A DNA stretch of 63,984 nt, counting the filler, from Folioceros fuciformis (lineage: Eukaryota): the NCBI GenBank assembly GCA_049999805.1. It is 10 parts of 10 records of this genome, joined end to end, with 100 filler letters (N's around TTAATTAATTAA, not from the genome) between each part and the next. Parts side by side here need not be neighbours in the genome. Positions count along the whole stretch, not along the records: positions 62,874 to 63,984 come from JBNGIO010002759.1; 9 more parts are not named here. One strand, given 5' to 3'. How positions within the stretch are numbered: position 1 is the first letter of the stretch; the number at the start of each line of letters is the position of its first letter. The notes under the pieces were generated by a model. It had not been told where the DNA came from. It made no database searches and was given only the letters and a program-made list of their open reading frames with translations. The translations under genes were made by a program, and so were the position numbers. Positions 62,874 to 63,984 of the stretch are shown in pieces.

Positions 62874-63984
62874 TAGTGTGGAAGCAGGAGGAACTAGGAG
62901 CGTTGTTGGGTTGTCCCGCAGTAAGTAGCAGCGTGACAAGGCCAAGGCTAAGGCAGCCGCCACTGCTGACAAGGTCAGCTCCCTTGAGGCTTCCATGGCT
63001 GCCATGACAGCTCAACTTGGAGTCTTGACAGCCAACCTGTCCAGCATCACCGGCTCTTCCAAACCAGCAAATGTGGTGAAGTTGGTACCAGGACTAGAGG
63101 ATGAGGATTATGGCCCAGCACACCAAGTATGTATGGTTGACAGAATTGGTGAGAGCAGCATGGAGGTGGAGTTGCCAGCCACATGGGTGGGGTAGAATTT
63201 ACAGGTGTTCATGGGAACAACAGCACCTGCCTTAGGGCCTATCACCAGGAATCGAGGGGCTAGGGCTACCATGCCAAAGTCCTTTGCCCCGCTGCCACCG
63301 GGGTCTGCAATTCCGTTACGAGGCCAGGAGCACTCAACGCTGCGTGTGGAACAGCTGCCCACGAGTAGAACACCTGGCCATAGCATGCCAACACCAGAGC
63401 ATGTGTATCTCTTACCCCAAACCACCACAGTCACACAATTGGCTGCCAAGCTAATTCAGGTGCCAGTTTTCACACTGCAGGACATGGGCATCACGACCAG
63501 CAGGCTGAAGGAAGTTCTTCAAACTGCTGAAGCCACGGCTGCATCTGCTGACCCTAGCCTGGGTACAGCGTACACTTCACAATGGGTGCTGCCAACAGCG
63601 ATGTCACACTCTACAGGTGGGCAGACAGCACCAAGTCACTGCAATGGCTCTTACACTGTACAGCTAGCTGAGGGAGTTGACAGCTAACCGCGAGTGCAGT
63701 CCACCAATCGACTGCAAGCTCGTGTCAGCAATGCAGTTGTTGACAATCGTTGTGGGCACGTCACAATCAATGGGTATGCACCCAGAGTGGTGTTGCTAGA
63801 CACGGGAGCCCAACCAGTACTCGTTGGGAAGATTCTAGCTGCAAGGTTGCATCTTCAGGGCGATGCATTGCATACCTCGCCTTGGAACATCAGGACAGCA
63901 TCCGGGGCTATTGAACCAGTCTGTGGTGAGACAGTCTAACCCCTGGACATCACCTTGAACTCGGGCACGCCAGATGCCATGACA
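62874..63984 (+). mobile_element. Gypsy-type gag-protease remnant
   Basis: Retropepsin motif VTING...VLLDTGAQPVLV...IRTASG, in a frame broken by in-frame stops. Confidence 0.7.

Overview
Eukaryotic land-plant genomic DNA, probably a non-seed plant with compact genes (introns about 85-145 bp; the lineage is an inference). The window joins ten contigs with artificial 100-bp spacers (N44-TTAATTAATTAA-N44), so adjacency across spacers means nothing. Host genes: a DREB2-type AP2/ERF factor (5'-partial), a DUF716/TMEM45-like membrane protein, a trypsin-fold protein, a 2-alkenal reductase, a plastid MraY, SAM synthetase, SRP14, QCR6 and a 5'-partial cytochrome P450. The rest is mostly decayed transposons: LINE ORF1/ORF2 remnants, three copia pieces, several gypsy/Athila-like pieces, a PIF/Harbinger transposase, tandem arrays and a long inverted repeat. 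The most unusual features are (1) an ORF1-only LINE-like unit bracketed by ~400-bp direct repeats, (2) a repeated gypsy-like family with a large extra ORF upstream of gag, and (3) an AT-rich tract holding a hidden RING-H2 ORF and a ~33-aa coding repeat next to a Harbinger element. I cannot prove a wholly new biological system from the sequence alone.
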